Positions 33,101 to 48,796 are shown, counted from the first letter of the stretch. The stretch: 64,000 nucleotides of DNA from the human T2T-CHM13v2.0 reference genome, Homo sapiens (GCF_009914755.1 NC_060946.1); one strand, 5' to 3'. Notes: a model not told the origin generated them from the letters alone. Program-made: numbers and translations.

Positions 33101-36100
33101 TCACTGTAAGCAGATCCCAGACAAGAGTTGCATCACCTCGGTGATCAGTGCAGAGATATGTCTCAATGCCCCCTGTCGGCGAAGCCTATAAAAGAGTTAC
33201 ATCATCTCGGTGATCAGTGCAGTGATATGTTAAAATGCCCCTGTAGGCAGAGCCTAGACAAGAGTTACATCACCTGGGTGATCAGTGCAGAGATATCTCA
33301 CAATACCCCGTGTAAGCAGAGCCAAGATAAGAGTTATATTAGCTGGGTGATCAGTGCAGAGATATGTCATAAATCCCACTGTAGGCAAAGCCTAGAGAAG
33401 TTTTACAACACCTCAGCGATCGGTGCAGAGATATGTCCCAATGTCCCTCTAGGCACAGGTTAGACAAGAGTCACATCTCCTGGGTGATCACTGCAGAGGT
33501 AAGTCACAATGCCCCCATAGGCAGAGCCTAGACAAGGGTTACATAACCCGGGTGATCCGTGCAGAGTGATGTCACAACGCCCTCTCTAGGCAGAGACTAG
33601 AAAAGAGTTACATCACCTGGGTGATCAGTGCAGAGATATGTCACAATGCCCCCTGTAGGCAGAGCATAGAGAAGAGTTGCATCACCTGGGTGATCAGTGT
33701 AGAGATATGTCACAATGTCCCCTGTAGGCAGAGCATACAGAAGAGTTGCATCACCTGGGTGATAAGTGCAGAGATATGTCAAAATGTCCCCTGTAGGCAA
33801 AGCCTAGGCAAGAGTTACATCACCTTTGTCATCAGTTCAGGGATATGTGTAAACGCCCCTGTAGGCCGAGCATAGAAAACAGTTACATCACCTAGTTGAT
33901 CAGTGTAGAGATATTTCACAATATCCCCTGTAGGCAGATACTAGACAAGAGTTGAATCACCTGGGTGATCAGTGCAGAGATATTTCACAATGACCCCTTT
34001 GGGCAGAGGGTAAATAAGATTTACATCACCTAGGTGATCAGTGCAGAGATTTGTCAACTTTCCTTGTAGGCAGTGCTTATAAAAATGTTACATCACATAA
34101 GTGATCAGTGCAGACACATCAGAAAGCTCCTGTAGGCAGAAGTTAGATGAGTTACATCACCTGGGTGATCAGTGCAAATGTATGTCACAAAGCCCCCTGT
34201 AGGCAAAGCCTAGACAATAGTTACATCATTTGGATGATCAGTGGAGAGGTCTCTCTCAATTTCCCTGTAGGCTGAGCTTATACAACAGTTGCATCACCTG
34301 GGTGATCAGTGCAGAGATATGTCACAATGCCCCCATAGGCAGATCCAAGACAAGAGTCCGTCACATGGGTGATCAGTGCAGAAATATGTCACAATGCCCC
34401 CTTAGGCAAAGCCTAGACAAACGCCCCATCACCTGGATGATCAGTGCAGATTTAGGTCACAAAGTCCCTTTAGGCAGATCCTAGACAAGAGTAGCATCAC
34501 TTGGATGATCACTGCAGAGATATGTCACAATGCCACTGTAGGCAGAGCCTAGACAACAGTTACATGACCTAGGTGATCAGTGCAGAGATACATCGCAATG
34601 CCACTGTAGGCAGAGCCTTGACAAGTGGTATATCACCTGTGTGATCGTTGCAGTGATATGTCAAAAAACACCCTGTAGGCAGATCCAAGAGAAGAGTTAT
34701 ATCACCTGGGTGATCAGTGCAGAGATATGTCACGATGCCTTGTAGCCAGAGCCTAGACTAAAGTTAAAGCACCTGGGAGATCAGTGCAGAGATATGTCAC
34801 AATGTCCCCAGTAGGCAGAAACCAGGCAATAGTTGGATCACCTCGGGATCAGTGCAGAGATATGTCTCAGTCCCCTTGTGGGCACAGCCTAGAAAAGAGT
34901 TACATCACCTCGGTTAACAGTGTAGAGATATGTCAAAATGCCCCTGTAGGCAGAGCCTACACAAGTGTTACATCAGTTAGGTGATCAGTGCAGAGATATG
35001 TCACAATACACCCTGTAAGCAGAGCCTACACAAGAGTTACATCACCTGGGTGATCAGTGCAGAGAAAAGTGACAAGGCCCCTTTAAGCAGAGCCTAGACA
35101 ATAGTTACATCACTTTAGTGATCAATGCAGATATCTGTCACAATGCCCGTTTTGGCAGAGCTTAGACCAGAGTTGCATCACCTGGGTGATCAGTGCAGAG
35201 ATATGTCACAATGCCCCATAGGGAGATCCAAGGCAAGAGTCCATCACCTGGGTGATCAGTGCAGAGATCTATCACAATGACCCTTTTGGCAGAGCTTAGA
35301 CCAGAGTTACATCACCTTGGTAATCAGTGCAGAAATATGCCACAATGCCGCCAGTAGGCAGATATAGACAAGAGTTACATCAACGGCGTGATCACTGCAG
35401 AGATATGTCACAATGCCCCTCTAGGCAGAGCCTAGACAAGAGTCCCATCACCTGGGTGATCAGTGCAGAGTTATGTCACAATGCCCCCTGTTGGCAGAGC
35501 CTCCACAAGGGTTACATCACCTGGGTGATCAGTGCAGAGATGTGTCACAAGACCCCTGAAGCCAGTGCCTAGACAAGAGTTACGTCAGCTGTTTGATCAG
35601 TGCAGTGACATCTCACAATGTCCCTGTAGCCATATCCTTGACAAAAGTGACATCACCTGGGTGATCAGTGCGGAGATATGTCACAATGTCTCCAGTAGGC
35701 AGAGCCTAGAGAAGAGTTAAATCACCTGGGTGATCAGGGCAGAGATATGTCACAATGCCCCCTGTAACCAGATCCCAGACAAGAGTTGCATCACCTCGGT
35801 GATCAGCGCAGTGATATGTCTCTATGACCCCACTCGGTGAAGCCTATACAAGAGTTACATCATCTCGGTGATCAGTGCAGTGATATGTTAAAATGCCCCT
35901 GTAGGCAGAGCCTAGACAAGTTTTATCACCTGCGTGATCAGTGCAGAGATATCTCACAATACCCCCTGTAAGCAGACCCTAGAAAAGACTTAGATCAGCT
36001 GGGTGATTATTGCAGGGATATGTCATAAATCCCACTATAGACAAAGCCTAGACAAGTTTTACATCACCTCAGTGATCAGTGCAGAGATATATACCAATGT

Positions 36101-39100
36101 CCCTCTAGGCAGAGCTTAGACAAGCGTCTCATATCCTGGGTGATCAGTGCAGAGATAACTCACAATGCCCCCATAGGCAGAGCCTAGATAAGAGTTACAT
36201 AACCCGGGTGATCCGTGCAGAGTGATGTCACAACGCCCTCTGTAGGCAGAGACTAGAAAATGGTTACATCATCTGGGTAATCAGTGCAGAGATATGTCAC
36301 AATGCCCCTGTAGGCAGAGCATAGAGAAGAGTTGCATCACCTGCGTGATCAGTGCAGAGATATGTCACAATGTCCCCTGTAGGCAAAGCCTAGGCAAGTG
36401 TTACATCACCTTTGTCATCAGTTCAGGGATATGTGAAAACGCTCCTGTAGGTAGAGCCTAGACCAGAGTTACATCACCTAGTTAATCAGTGCAAAGATAT
36501 TTCACAATACCCCCTGTAGGCAGATATTAGACAACAGTTGAATCACCTGGGTGATCAGTGCAGAGATATTTCACAATGCCCACTTTGGGCAAAGGGTAGA
36601 CAAGAGTTACATCACCTAGGTGATCAGTGCAGACATTTGTCAAATTTCCCTGTAGGCAGTGCTTATAAAAGTGTTACATCACCTACGTAATCAGTGCAGA
36701 GATATGTCACAAAGCTCCTGTTGGCAGAAGTTAGATGAGGTACACCACCTGGGTGATCAGCGCAGAGATATGTGAGAATTCCCGGGTAGGCAGAGCCTAG
36801 ACAAGTGTTACATCACCTAGGTTATCAGTGCAGGTGTAAGTCATAAAGCCTCCTGTAGGCAGAGCCTTAACAAAAGTTCCCTCCCCAGGGTGTTCAGTGC
36901 AGAGATATGTCACAAAGCTCCTGAAGGCAGAGCCTAGACAAGAGTTTCATCACTTGGTTGATCAGTTCAGAGATGTGTCACAATGTCCATGATGTCAGAT
37001 CTAAGACAAGTGTCCATCACCTGGGTTATCAGTGCAGAGATATGTACCAATATCCCCTGTAGGCAGTGCCTAGACAAGAGTTGCATCACCTCAGAGATCA
37101 GAGCATAGATATGTCACAAAGCCTTCTGTAGGAAAAGCCCATACAAGGCTTACATCACCTAGGTGATCAGTGCAGTGATATGTCACAAAAATCCCTGTAG
37201 ACAGAGCCTAGAAATGAGTTACATCACCTGGGTTATCAGTGCAGATATTTGAACCAATGCCCCCATAGACAGAGCCTAGACAAGAATTCCATCACCTGGG
37301 TGATCAGTGTAGAGATATGTCACATTTTTCCCTCTAGGCAGAGTATAGAGAAGAGTCCCATCACCTGGGTGATCAGAGCAGAGATAATTTACAATGCCCC
37401 CTGTAGGCAGAGAGTGGAGAAGAGTTACATAACCTAGGAGATCTGTGCGGAGCTATGTCAAAACGCCCCAGTAGGCAGAGCCTAGATAAATGTTTAATCA
37501 CCTGGATGATCAGTGCAGAGATACGTCACAATACCCCCTGTATGTGGAACCTAGACAGGAGTTACATCACCTGGGTGATCAGTGCAGAGATACGTCACAA
37601 TACCCCCTGTATGTGGAGCCTAGACAGGAGTTACATCACCTGGGTGATCAGTGCAGAGATACGTCACAATAGCCCCTGTAGGTGGAGTCTAGAGAAGAGT
37701 AACATCACCTGGGTGATCAGTACAGATATATGTCACAAAGCCCCTGCAGGCAGAGCCTAAACAAGAGTTACATCACCTGGTTGATCAGTGCAGAAATATG
37801 TCACAAAGCCCCTGTTGGCCGAGCCTAGACAAGAGTTGTTACATCTCCTTGGTGATAAGTGCAAAGATATGTCACAAAGCCCCTGTAGACAAATCCCAGA
37901 AAATTGTTACAGCACCTGGGTTGTCAGTGGAGATATCTGTCACAATTCCTCTTTAGGCGCAGCTTAGACAAGCGTTACATCACATGAGTGATCAGTGCAG
38001 AGATATGTCACTATGCCCCCATAGGCAGATCCAAGAGAAGAGTCCATCACCTGGGTGATCAGTGCAGATATATGCCACAATGCCTCCAGTAGGCAGATAT
38101 AGACAAGAATTACATCACTTGCATGATCACTGCAGAGATATATCACAATGCCCCTGCAGGCAGAGCCTAGACAAGAGTCCCATCACCTGCAAGATCAGTG
38201 CAGAGTTATGTCACAATGCCCCATTTGGCAGAACTTAGACAAAGGTTACATAACCTGGGTCATCAGTGCAGAGATGTGTCACAAGCCCCCTGCAGCCAGA
38301 GCCTAGACAAGGTTTACATCAGCGGTGTGATCAGTGCAGTGATATGTCATAATGTCCCTGTACCCATATCCTTGACACAAGTGACATCACCTGGGTAATC
38401 AGTGCGGAGATATGTCACAATGTCTCCAGTAGGCAGAGCCTAGACAAGAGTTACATCACCTGGGTGATCAGGGCAGAGATATGTCACAATGCCCCCTGTA
38501 AGCACATCCCAGAAAAGAGTTACATCATCTCGGTGATCAGTGCAGAGATATGTCACAATGCCCCCTGCAGGCAGAGCATAGAGAAGAGTTGCATCACCTG
38601 GGTGATCAGTGCAGAGATATGTCACAATGTCCCCTGTTGGCAAAGCCTAGGCAAGAGTTTCATCACCTTTGTCATCAGGTCACGGATATGTGAAAAGACC
38701 CCTGTAGGCAGAACCTAGACAAGGGTTACATCACCTAGTTGATCAGTGCTGAGATATTTCACAATACCCCCTGTAGGCAGATCCTAGACAAGAGTTGAAT
38801 CACCAGGGTGATCAGTGCAGAGATATTTCACAATGCCCCCTTTGGGCAGAGGGTAGACAAGAGTTATATCACCTAGGTGATCCGTGCAGAGATTTGTCAA
38901 AACTCCCTGTAGGCAGAGCTTATAAAAGTATTACATCACCTAAGTGATCAGTGCAGAGATATGTCACAAAGCTCCTGTAGGAAGAACTTAGATGAGTTAC
39001 ATCACCTGGGTGATCAGTGCAAAGGTATGTCACAAAGCCCCCTGTAGGCAAAGCCTAGACAATAGTTACATCACTTGGGTCATCAGTGGCGAGATCTCTC

Positions 39101-42100
39101 ACAATTCCCCTATAGACAGAGCTTATACAACAGTTACATCACCTGGGTGATCAGTGCAGACATATGTCACAATGCCCCCATAGGCAGATCCAAGAGAAGA
39201 TTCCGTCACCTGGGTGAATAGTGCAGAAATATGTCACAATGCCCCCTTAGGCAGAGCCTAGACAAAAGCCCCATCACCTGGATGATCAGTGCAGAGTTAT
39301 GTCACAAAGTCCCTTTAGGCATATCCTAGACAAGGGTTACATCACTTGGATGATCATTGCAGAGTTACGTCACAATGCCACTGTAGGCAGAGCCTAGACA
39401 AGAGTTACATGACCTAGGTGATCAGTGCAGAGATACATATCAATGTCCCTGTAGGCAGAGCCTTGTCAAGTGGTATATCACCTGGGTTATCATTGCAGTG
39501 ATATGTCACAAAGCACCCTGTAGGCAGATCCTAGAAAAGAGTTACATCACCTGGATGATCAGTGCAGAGATATGTCACAATGCCACTGTAGGCAGAGCCT
39601 AGACAAGAATTATATCACCTGGGGGATAAGTGCAGTGATATGTCACAATGCCATGTAGGCAGAGCCTAGACTAAAGTTACAGCTCCTGGGAGATCAGTGC
39701 AGAGATACATCGCAATGCCCCTGTAGGCAGAGCCTTGATAAGGGGTATATCACCTGGGTGATCATTGCAGGGATATATCACAAAGCACCCTGTAGACAGA
39801 TCCTAGAGAAAAGTTATATCACCTGGGTGATCAGTGCAGAGACATGTCAGACGAACCCTGTAGGCAGAGCCTAGACAAGAATTATATCACCTGGGTGATC
39901 AGTGTGGTGATATGTCACAGTGCTGTGTAGCCAGAGCCTAGACTAAAGTTACTGCACCTGGGAGATCAGTGCAGAGATATGTCACAATATCCCCAGTAGG
40001 CAGAGACCAGGCAAGAGTTGGATCACCTCGGGATCAGTGTAGAGATATGTCTCAAAACCCCTGTGGGCACAGCCTAGAAAAGAGTTACATCACCTCGGTT
40101 AACAGTGCAGAGATATGTCAAAATGCCCCAGTAGGCAGAGCCTACACAAGTGTTACATCACTTAGGTGATCAGTGCAGAGATATGTCACAATACACCCTG
40201 TAAGCAGAGCCTAGACAAGAGTTACATCACCTGGGTGATCAGTGCAGAGATATGTACCAATGTGCCCTGTAGGCAGTGCCTAGACAAGAGTTGCATCACC
40301 TCAGAAATCAGTGCATAGATATGTCACAAAGCCTTCTGTAGGCAAAGCCCGTACAAGGCTTACATCACCTAGGTGTTCAGTGCAGTGATATGTCACAAAA
40401 ATCCCTTTAGACAGAGCCTAGAAAGAGTTACATCACCTGGGTGATCAGTGAAGGTATTTGACACAATGCCACCATTGACAGAGCCTAGAAAAGACTTCCA
40501 TCACCTGGGTGATCAGTGCAGAGATATGTCACAAAACGCCCTTTTGGCAGAGTATAGAGAAGAGTCCCATTACCTGGGTGATCAGTGCAGAAATATTTCA
40601 CAATGCCCCCTGTAGGCAGAGAGTGGACAAGAGTTACATAACCTAGGTGATCTGTGCAGAGCTATGTCAAAACGCCACTGTAGGCAGAGCCTAGATAAAT
40701 GTTACATCACCTGGGTGATCAGTGCAGAGATACGTCACAATACCTCATGTAGGTGGAGCCTAGGCAAGAGTTGCATCACCTGGGTGATCAGTGCTGAGAT
40801 ATGTCACAAAGCCCCTGTAGGCAGAGCCTAGACAAGAGTTACATCACCTGGGTGATCAGTGTAGAGATATGTCACAAATACTCCTCTAGGCAGAGTATAG
40901 AGAAGAGTCCCATCACCAGGGTGATCAGTGCAGAGATATTTCACAATGCCCCCTGTAGGCAGAGAGTGAACAAGAGTTACATAACCTAGTGATCTGTGCA
41001 GAGCTATGTCAAAACGCCCCTGTAGGCAGAGCCTAGATAAATGTTAGATCAACTGAGTGATCAGTGCAGCGATACGTCACAATACCCCCTGAAGGTGGAG
41101 CCTTGACAAGAGTTACGTCACCTGGGTGATCAGTGCAGAAATATGTCACAAATCCCATGTAGGCCGAGCCTAGACAAGAGTTACATCTCCTGGGTGATCA
41201 GTGCAAAGACATGTCAGAAAACCCCCTGTAGACAAATCCCAGAAAATTTTTGCATCACCAGCGTGATCAGTAGAGATATCTGTCGCAATTCCCCTTTAGG
41301 CGGAGCTTAGACAAGCGTTACATCACATAAGTGATCAGTGCAGAGATATGTCACTATGCCCCCATAGGCAGATCCAAGACAAGAGTCCATCACATGCGTG
41401 ATCAGTGCAGAAATATGCCACAATGCCGCCAGTAGGCACATATAGACAAGAGTTTCATCACCTGCGTGATCATTGCAGAGATATGTCACAATGCCCCTGT
41501 ACGCAGAACCTAGAAAAGAGTCCTATCACCTATGTGATCAGTGCAGAGTTACATCAAAATGCCGCCTTTTGGCAGAGCCTAGACAATGGTTACATCACCT
41601 GGGTGATCAGTGCAGAGATGTGTCACAAGCCCCCTATAGCCAGAGTCTAGATAAGTGTTACATCAACTGTGTGATCAGTGCAGTGACATGACACAATATC
41701 CCTGTAGCCATATCCTTGACAAAAGTGACAACACCTGGGTGATCAGTGAGGAGATATGTCACAATGTCTCCAGTAGGCAGAGCCTAGACAAGAGTTACAT
41801 CACCTGGATGATCAGGCAGTGATATGTCACAAAGCCCCCTGTAAGCATATCCCAGACAAGAGTTGCATCACCTCGGTGACCAGTGTAGAGATATGTCTCA
41901 ATGCCCCCTGTCGGCGAAGCCTATACCAGAGATACATCATCTGGGTGATCAGTGCAGTGATATCTTAAAATGCTCCTCTAGGCAGAGCCTAGACAAGAGT
42001 TACACTACCTGGGTGATCAGTGCAGAGATATCTCACAATACCCCATGTAAGCAGAGCCTAGACAAGAGTTACGTCACCTGGGTGATCAGTGCAGAGATAT

Positions 42101-45100
42101 GTCATAAATCCCACTGTCGGCAAAGCCTAGACAAGTTTTTCATCAAATCAGTGGTCAGTGCAGATATTTGTCCCAATGTCCCTATAGGCAGAGCTTAGAC
42201 AAGAGTAAAATCTCCTGGGTCATCAGTGCAGAGATAAGTCACAATGCCCCTGTAGGCAGAGCCTAGACAAGAGTTACATAACCCGAGTGATCCGTGCGGT
42301 GTGATGTCACAACGCCCTCTGTAGGCAGAGACTAGAAAAGAGTTACATCACCTGGGTGATCAGTGCAGAGAGATGTCACAATGCCCCCTGTAGGCAGAGC
42401 ATAGAGAAGAGTTGCATCACCTGGGTGATCAGTGCAGATATGTTTCACAATGTCCCCTTTAGGCAAAGCCTAGGCAAGAGTTACATCACCTTTGTCATCA
42501 GTTCAGGAATATGTGAGAACACCCCTGTAGGCAGAGTCTAGACAAGAGTTACACCACCTAATTCATCAGTGCAGAGATATTTCACAATACCCCCTGTACG
42601 CAGATCCTAGACAAGAGTTGAATCACCTGGGTGATTTTGTGCACAGATATTTCACAATGCCCCCTATGGGCAGAGGGTAGACAAGAGTTACATCACCTAT
42701 GTGATCTGTGGAGAGATTTGTCAAAATTCCCCGTAGGCAGTCCTTTTAAAAGTGTTACATCACCTAAATGATTAGTGCAGAGATATGTCACAAAGCTCCT
42801 GTAGGCAGAACTTATATGAGTTACATCACCTGGGTGATCAGTGCACAGGTATATCAGAAAGCCCCCTGTAGGCAAAGCCTAGACAATAGTTACTTCACTT
42901 GGGTGATCAGTGGCGAGATCTCTCACAATTCCCCTGTAGGCAGAGCTTATACAACAGTTACATCACGTGGGTGTTCAGAGCAGAGATATGTCAAAATGCC
43001 ACTGTAGGCAGAACCTAGACAAGAGTTACATGACCTAGGTGATCAGTGCAGAAATACATCACAATGCCCCCGTAGGCAGAGCCTTGACAAGTGGTATATC
43101 ACCTGGGTGATCATTGCAAAGTTTTGTCACAAAGAACCCTGTAGGCAGATCCAAGAGAAGAGTTATATCACCTGGGTGATCAGTGCAGAGATATGTCACA
43201 GGCCCCCTGTAGGCAGAGCCTAGAGAAGAGTTATATCACCTGGATGATCAGTGCAGTGATATGTCACGATGCCATGTAGCCAGAGCCTAGACTAAAATTA
43301 CAGCACCTGGGAGATCAGTGCAGATATATGTCACAATGTCCCCAGTAGGCAGAGACCATGCAAGAGTGGGATCTCATTGGGATCAGTGCAGAGATATGTC
43401 TCAATCCCCCTGTGGGCACAGCCTAGACAAGAGTTACATCACTCCAGTTAACATGCAGAGATATGTCAAAATGCCCCTGTAGGCAGAACCTACACAAGTG
43501 TTACATCACTTAGGTGATCAGTGCAGAGATATGTCACAATACCCTCTGTAAGCAGAGCCTAGACAATAGTTACATCACCTGAGTGATCAGTGAAGAGATC
43601 TGTCACAATGCCCCTTTAGGCAGAGCTGAGACCAGGGTTACATCACCTGGTTGATCAGTGCAGAGATATGTCACAATGCCTCCATAGGCAAATCCAAGAC
43701 AAGAGTCCATCACCTGGGTGATCAGTGCAGAAATATGTGACAATGCCCCAGTAGGCAGAGCCTAGAGTAGAGTCCCATCACCTGGGTGATCACTGCAGAG
43801 ATATTTCACAGTGCCCTGCAGGCAGAGCATAAGCAGGAGTTACATAACCTAGATGATCAGTGCAGAGATATGTCACAAGGCCACATATAGGCAGAGCCTG
43901 GACAAGAGTTCCATCACCTCGGTGATCAATGCAGTGATATGTCACTATGCCCCCTGTAGGCAGAGAGTGGAAAAGAGTAACATAACCTATGTGATCTGTG
44001 CAGAGCTATGTGAAAACGCCCCTGTAGGCAGAGCCTAGATAAATATAACATCACCTGGGTGATCAGTGCAGAGATACGTCAAAATACCCCAGTATGTGGA
44101 GCCTAGACAAGAGTTATATCACCTGCATGATCAATGAAGAAATATGTCACAAAGCCCCTGCAGGCAGAGCCTAGACAAGAGTTTCATCTCCTGGGTGATC
44201 AGTGCAATGATATGTCACAAACTCCCCTGTAGACAAATCCCAGAAAATTGTTACATCATTTGGGTGACCAGTGGAGATATCTGTCACAACTCCCCTTTAG
44301 GCGCAGCTTAGACAAACGTTACATCACATGAGTGATTAGTGCAGAGATATGTCACTATACCCCTATAGGCAGTTCCAAGACAAGAGTCCATCACCTGGGT
44401 GATCAGTGCAGAAATATGCCACAATGCCACCAGTAGGCATATATAGACAAGAGTTACATCACCTGCATGATCACTGCAGAGATATGTCACAATGCCCCTA
44501 TAGGCAGAGCCTGGACAAGAGTCCCATCACCTAGGTGATCAATGCAGAATTATGTCACAATGCCCCCTTTTGGCAGAGCCTAGACAAGGGTTACATCACC
44601 TGGGTGATCAGTGGAGATATGTGTCACAAGACCCCTGTAGCCAGAGCGTAGACACGGATACATCAGCAGTGTGATCAGTGCAGTGACATGTCACAATGTC
44701 CCTGTTGCCATATCCTTGACAAAAGTGACATCACCTGGGTGATCAGTGCGGAGATATGTCACAATGTCTCCAGTAGGCAGAGCCTAGACAAGAGTTACAT
44801 CACCTGGGTGATCAGGGCAGAGATATGTCACAATGCCCCTGTAAGAAAATCCCAGACAAGAGTTTCATCATCTCGGTGATCAGTGCAGAGGTATGTCTCA
44901 ATTCCCCCTGTCGGCGAAACCTATATAAGAGTTCCATCATCTCGGTGATCAGTGCAGTGATATGTTAAAATGCCCCTGTAGGCAGAGCCTAGACAAGAGC
45001 TACATCACCTGGTTGATCAGTGCAGAGATATCTCACAATACCCCCTGTAAGCAGAGCCTAGACAACAGTTACATCACCAGGGTGATCAGTGAAGAGATAT

Positions 45101-48100
45101 GTCATAAATCCCACTGTAGGCAAAGCCTAGAGAAATTTTAGAGCACCTCAGCGATCAGTGCAGAGATATGTCCCAATGTCCTTCTAGGCAGAGCTTAGAC
45201 AAGAGTCACATCTCCTGGGTGATCAGTGCAGAGATAAGTCACAATTCCACCGTAGGCAGAGCCTAGACAAGAGTTACATAACCCGGGTGATCCGCGCAGA
45301 GTGATGTCACAACGCCCTCTGTAGGCAGAGACTAGAAAAGAGTTACAACACCTGGGTGATCAGTGCAGAGACATGTGACAAGGCCCCTTTAAGCAGAGCC
45401 TAGATAATAGTTACATCACCTGAGTGATCAGTGCAGAGATCTGTCACAATGCCCCTTTAGGCAGAGCTTAGACCAGACTTACATCACCTGGGTGATCAGT
45501 GCAGAGATATGTCACAATGCCCCCATAGGCAAATCGAAGACAAGAGTCCGTCACCTGGGTCATCAATGCAGAAATATGTGACAAGGCTCCAGTAGGCAGA
45601 GCCTAAAGAAGAGTCCCATCACCTGGGTGATCAGTACGGAGATATTCAATAATATCTCAGACCTACAGGCAGAGCATAAGCAAGAGTTACATCACTTACA
45701 TCATCAGTGCAGAGATATGTCACAAGGCCCCCTATAGGCAGAGCCTGGACAAGAGTTACATCACCACAGTGATCAATGCAGTGATATGTCACTATGCCCG
45801 TAGGCAGAGCCTAGTCAAGCTTTGCATCACCTGGGTGATCAGTGCAGAGATATTTCACAAATCCCCCATACACAGAGCCCAGACAAGAGTCCCATCACCT
45901 GTGTGATCAGTGCAGAAATATGTCACAATGCCCCCATAGGCAGATCCAACACAAGAGTTACATCACCTGGGTGATCAGTGTAGAGATATTTCACAATGCC
46001 CGCATAGGCAGAGCCTAGACAAAAGTCCCATCACCTGGGTGATCAGTGCAGAGATATGTCACAAGCCCCCTGTAGGCAGAGCCTAGAAAAGAGTTATATC
46101 ACCTGGGTGATCAGTGCAGTGATATGTCACAATGCCGTGTAGCCATAGCTAAGAATAAAGCAATAGCACCTGGGAGATCAGTGCGGAGATACGTCACAAT
46201 GTTCCCAGTGGTCAGAGACCAGGCAAGAGTTAGAACACTTCGGGATCGGTGCAGAGATATATCTCAATCCCCCAGTGGGCACAGCCTAGACAAGAGTTAC
46301 ATCACCTCGGTTAACAGTGCAGATATATGTCAAAATGCCCCTGTAAGCAGAACCTACACAAGTGTTACATCACTTAGGTGATCAGTGCAGAGATATGTCA
46401 CAATATCCCCTGTAAGCAGAGCCTAGACAAGAGTTACATCACATGGGTGATCAGTGCAGAGATATGTGACAAGGCCCCTTTAAGCAGAGCCTAGACAATA
46501 GTTACATCACCTGAGTGATCAATGCAGAGATCTGTCACAATGCCCCTTTAGGCAGAGCTTAGACCAGAGTTACAACACCTGGGTGATCAGTGCAGAGATA
46601 TGTCACAATGCCCCCTTAGGCAGAGCCTAGACAAAAGCCACAACACCTGGATGATCAGTGCAGAGTTATGTCACAAAGACCCTTTAGGCAGATACTAGAC
46701 AAGTGTTACATCACTTGGATGATCAGTGCAGAGATATGTCACTCTGCCACTGTAGGCAGAGCCTAGACAAGAGTTACATGACCTAGGTGATCAGTGCAGA
46801 GATACATTGCAATGTCCCTGTAGGCAGAGCCTTGACAAATGTTATATCACCTGGGTGATCATTACAAGGATATGTCACCAAGCACCCTGTAGGCAGATCC
46901 TAGAAAAGATTTACATCACCTGGGTGATCAGTGCAGAGATATGTCACAATGCCACTGTTGTCAGAGCCTAGAGAAGGGTCCCATCACCTCGGTGATCATT
47001 GCAGAGTTCTGTCACAATGCCCCTGTAGGCAGAGCCTTGACAAGTGGTATATCACCTGGGTGATCATTGCAGGGATATGTCACAAAGCACCCTGTAGGCA
47101 GATCCTAGAGAAAAGTTATATCATCTTGGTGATCAGTGCAGAGATATGTCACAAGCCTTCTGTAGGCAGAGCCTAGACAAGAGTTATATCACCTGGGTGA
47201 TCAGTGTACTAATATGTCACAATGCCGTGTAGCCAGAGCCTAGACTAAAGTTACAGCACCTGGGAGATCAGTGCAGAGATATGTCACAATGTACCCAGTA
47301 GGCAGAGACCAGGCAAGATTTGGATCACCTCGTGATCAGTGCAGAGATACGTCTCAATCCCCCTGTGGGCATAGCCTAGACAAGTGTTACATCACCTTGG
47401 TTAACAGTGCAGAGATATGTCAAAATGCCCCTGTAGGAAGAGCCTACACAAGTGTTACATCCCTTAGGTGATCATTGCAGAGATATGTCACAATAACCCC
47501 TGTAAGCAGAGCGTAGACAAGAGATACATCACCTGGGTGATCAGTGCAGAGATATGTGACAAGGCCCCTTTAAGCAGAGCCTAGACAATAGTTACATCAC
47601 CTGAGTGATCAGTGCAGCGATAAGTCACAATGCTCCCATAGGCAGAGCCTAGAAAAGAGATACGTAACCCGGGTGATCCGTGCAGAGTGATGTACACAAC
47701 GCCCTCTGTAGGCAGAGACTAGAAAAGAGTTACATCACCTGGGTGATCAGTGCAGAGATATGTCACAATGTCCCCTGTAGGCAGAGCATAGAGAAGAGTT
47801 GCCTCACATGGGTGATTAGTGCAGTGATATGTCACTATGTCCCGCAGGCAGAGCCTAGTCAAGCGTTACATCACCTGGGTGATCAGTGCAGAGATATGTC
47901 ACAAAGCCCCCATACACAGAGACTAGACAAGATTCCCATCACCTGGGTGATCAGTGCAGAAATATGTCACAATATCCCCCATAGGCAGATCCAACAGAAG
48001 AGTTACATCACCTGGGTGATCAGTGTAGAGATATGTCACAATGCCCCCATAGGCAGAGCCTAGACAAAAGTGCCATCACCTGGGTGATCAGTGCAGAGAC

Positions 48101-48174
48101 GTGTCACAAAGCCCCTGTAGGCAGAGCCTAGACTAGGGTTACATCACTTTGTTGATGAGTTCAGAGATGTGTCA
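27170..48174 (+). repeat. Beta satellite block 4, ~21 kb, ~309 monomers
   Basis: Continuous 68/69-bp monomers; diagnostic monomers recur several times. Confidence 0.97.
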
Positions 48175-48796
48175 TGCTGACTGTTTGCTCCCGGAGCTCT
48201 GCGGGCACCCGGAAACACGCAGGGAAGTGTTTAAGACCGTCATGGTGCCTTCGCTCTCCTTGCCAGTTTCCAAACCGGCCACACTGCAGACTCCCTATGT
48301 TGCCGCACACGGGAATCCATCGTCAGGCCATCACTCCGGGGAGGCATCTTATCTCTGGGGTCTCGCTCTGGTCTCCTAAGTCGAAATGAACGAGAGCCAC
48401 ACGCCTGCGTGTGTCAGACTGTCCCGGCAATGGCGACACCGACAGGCACTGCCTCCTTCACGGAGAGAGGGCCGGGAACACTCAACGCTCCCATGGAGGG
48501 TCAGTTCCACAGTCCCTTCCACCCTCCCAGGCCGGTTTCTCCCTGCTGAAGACGCGAGGGAGCCCAGATAGCGGCTTCTAGTTCCCCTGGGATTCCTGGA
48601 GTGGTCTGGAGAGCCAGTCCCCGAAACGCGCCCCCCTCACTGCTTCCCCCTCGCCACCTTCCTCTTCGTCTCTCCGCCACCACCGCCATCACCACGCCCT
48701 CCACCCCCACCCCACCACCTCTTGGCCACAGGCCTTGACGCCCAGGGACACTTCAGGGGTGGGGCTGGCTGTCCCAGGGCTCACAGCCGTTCATGA

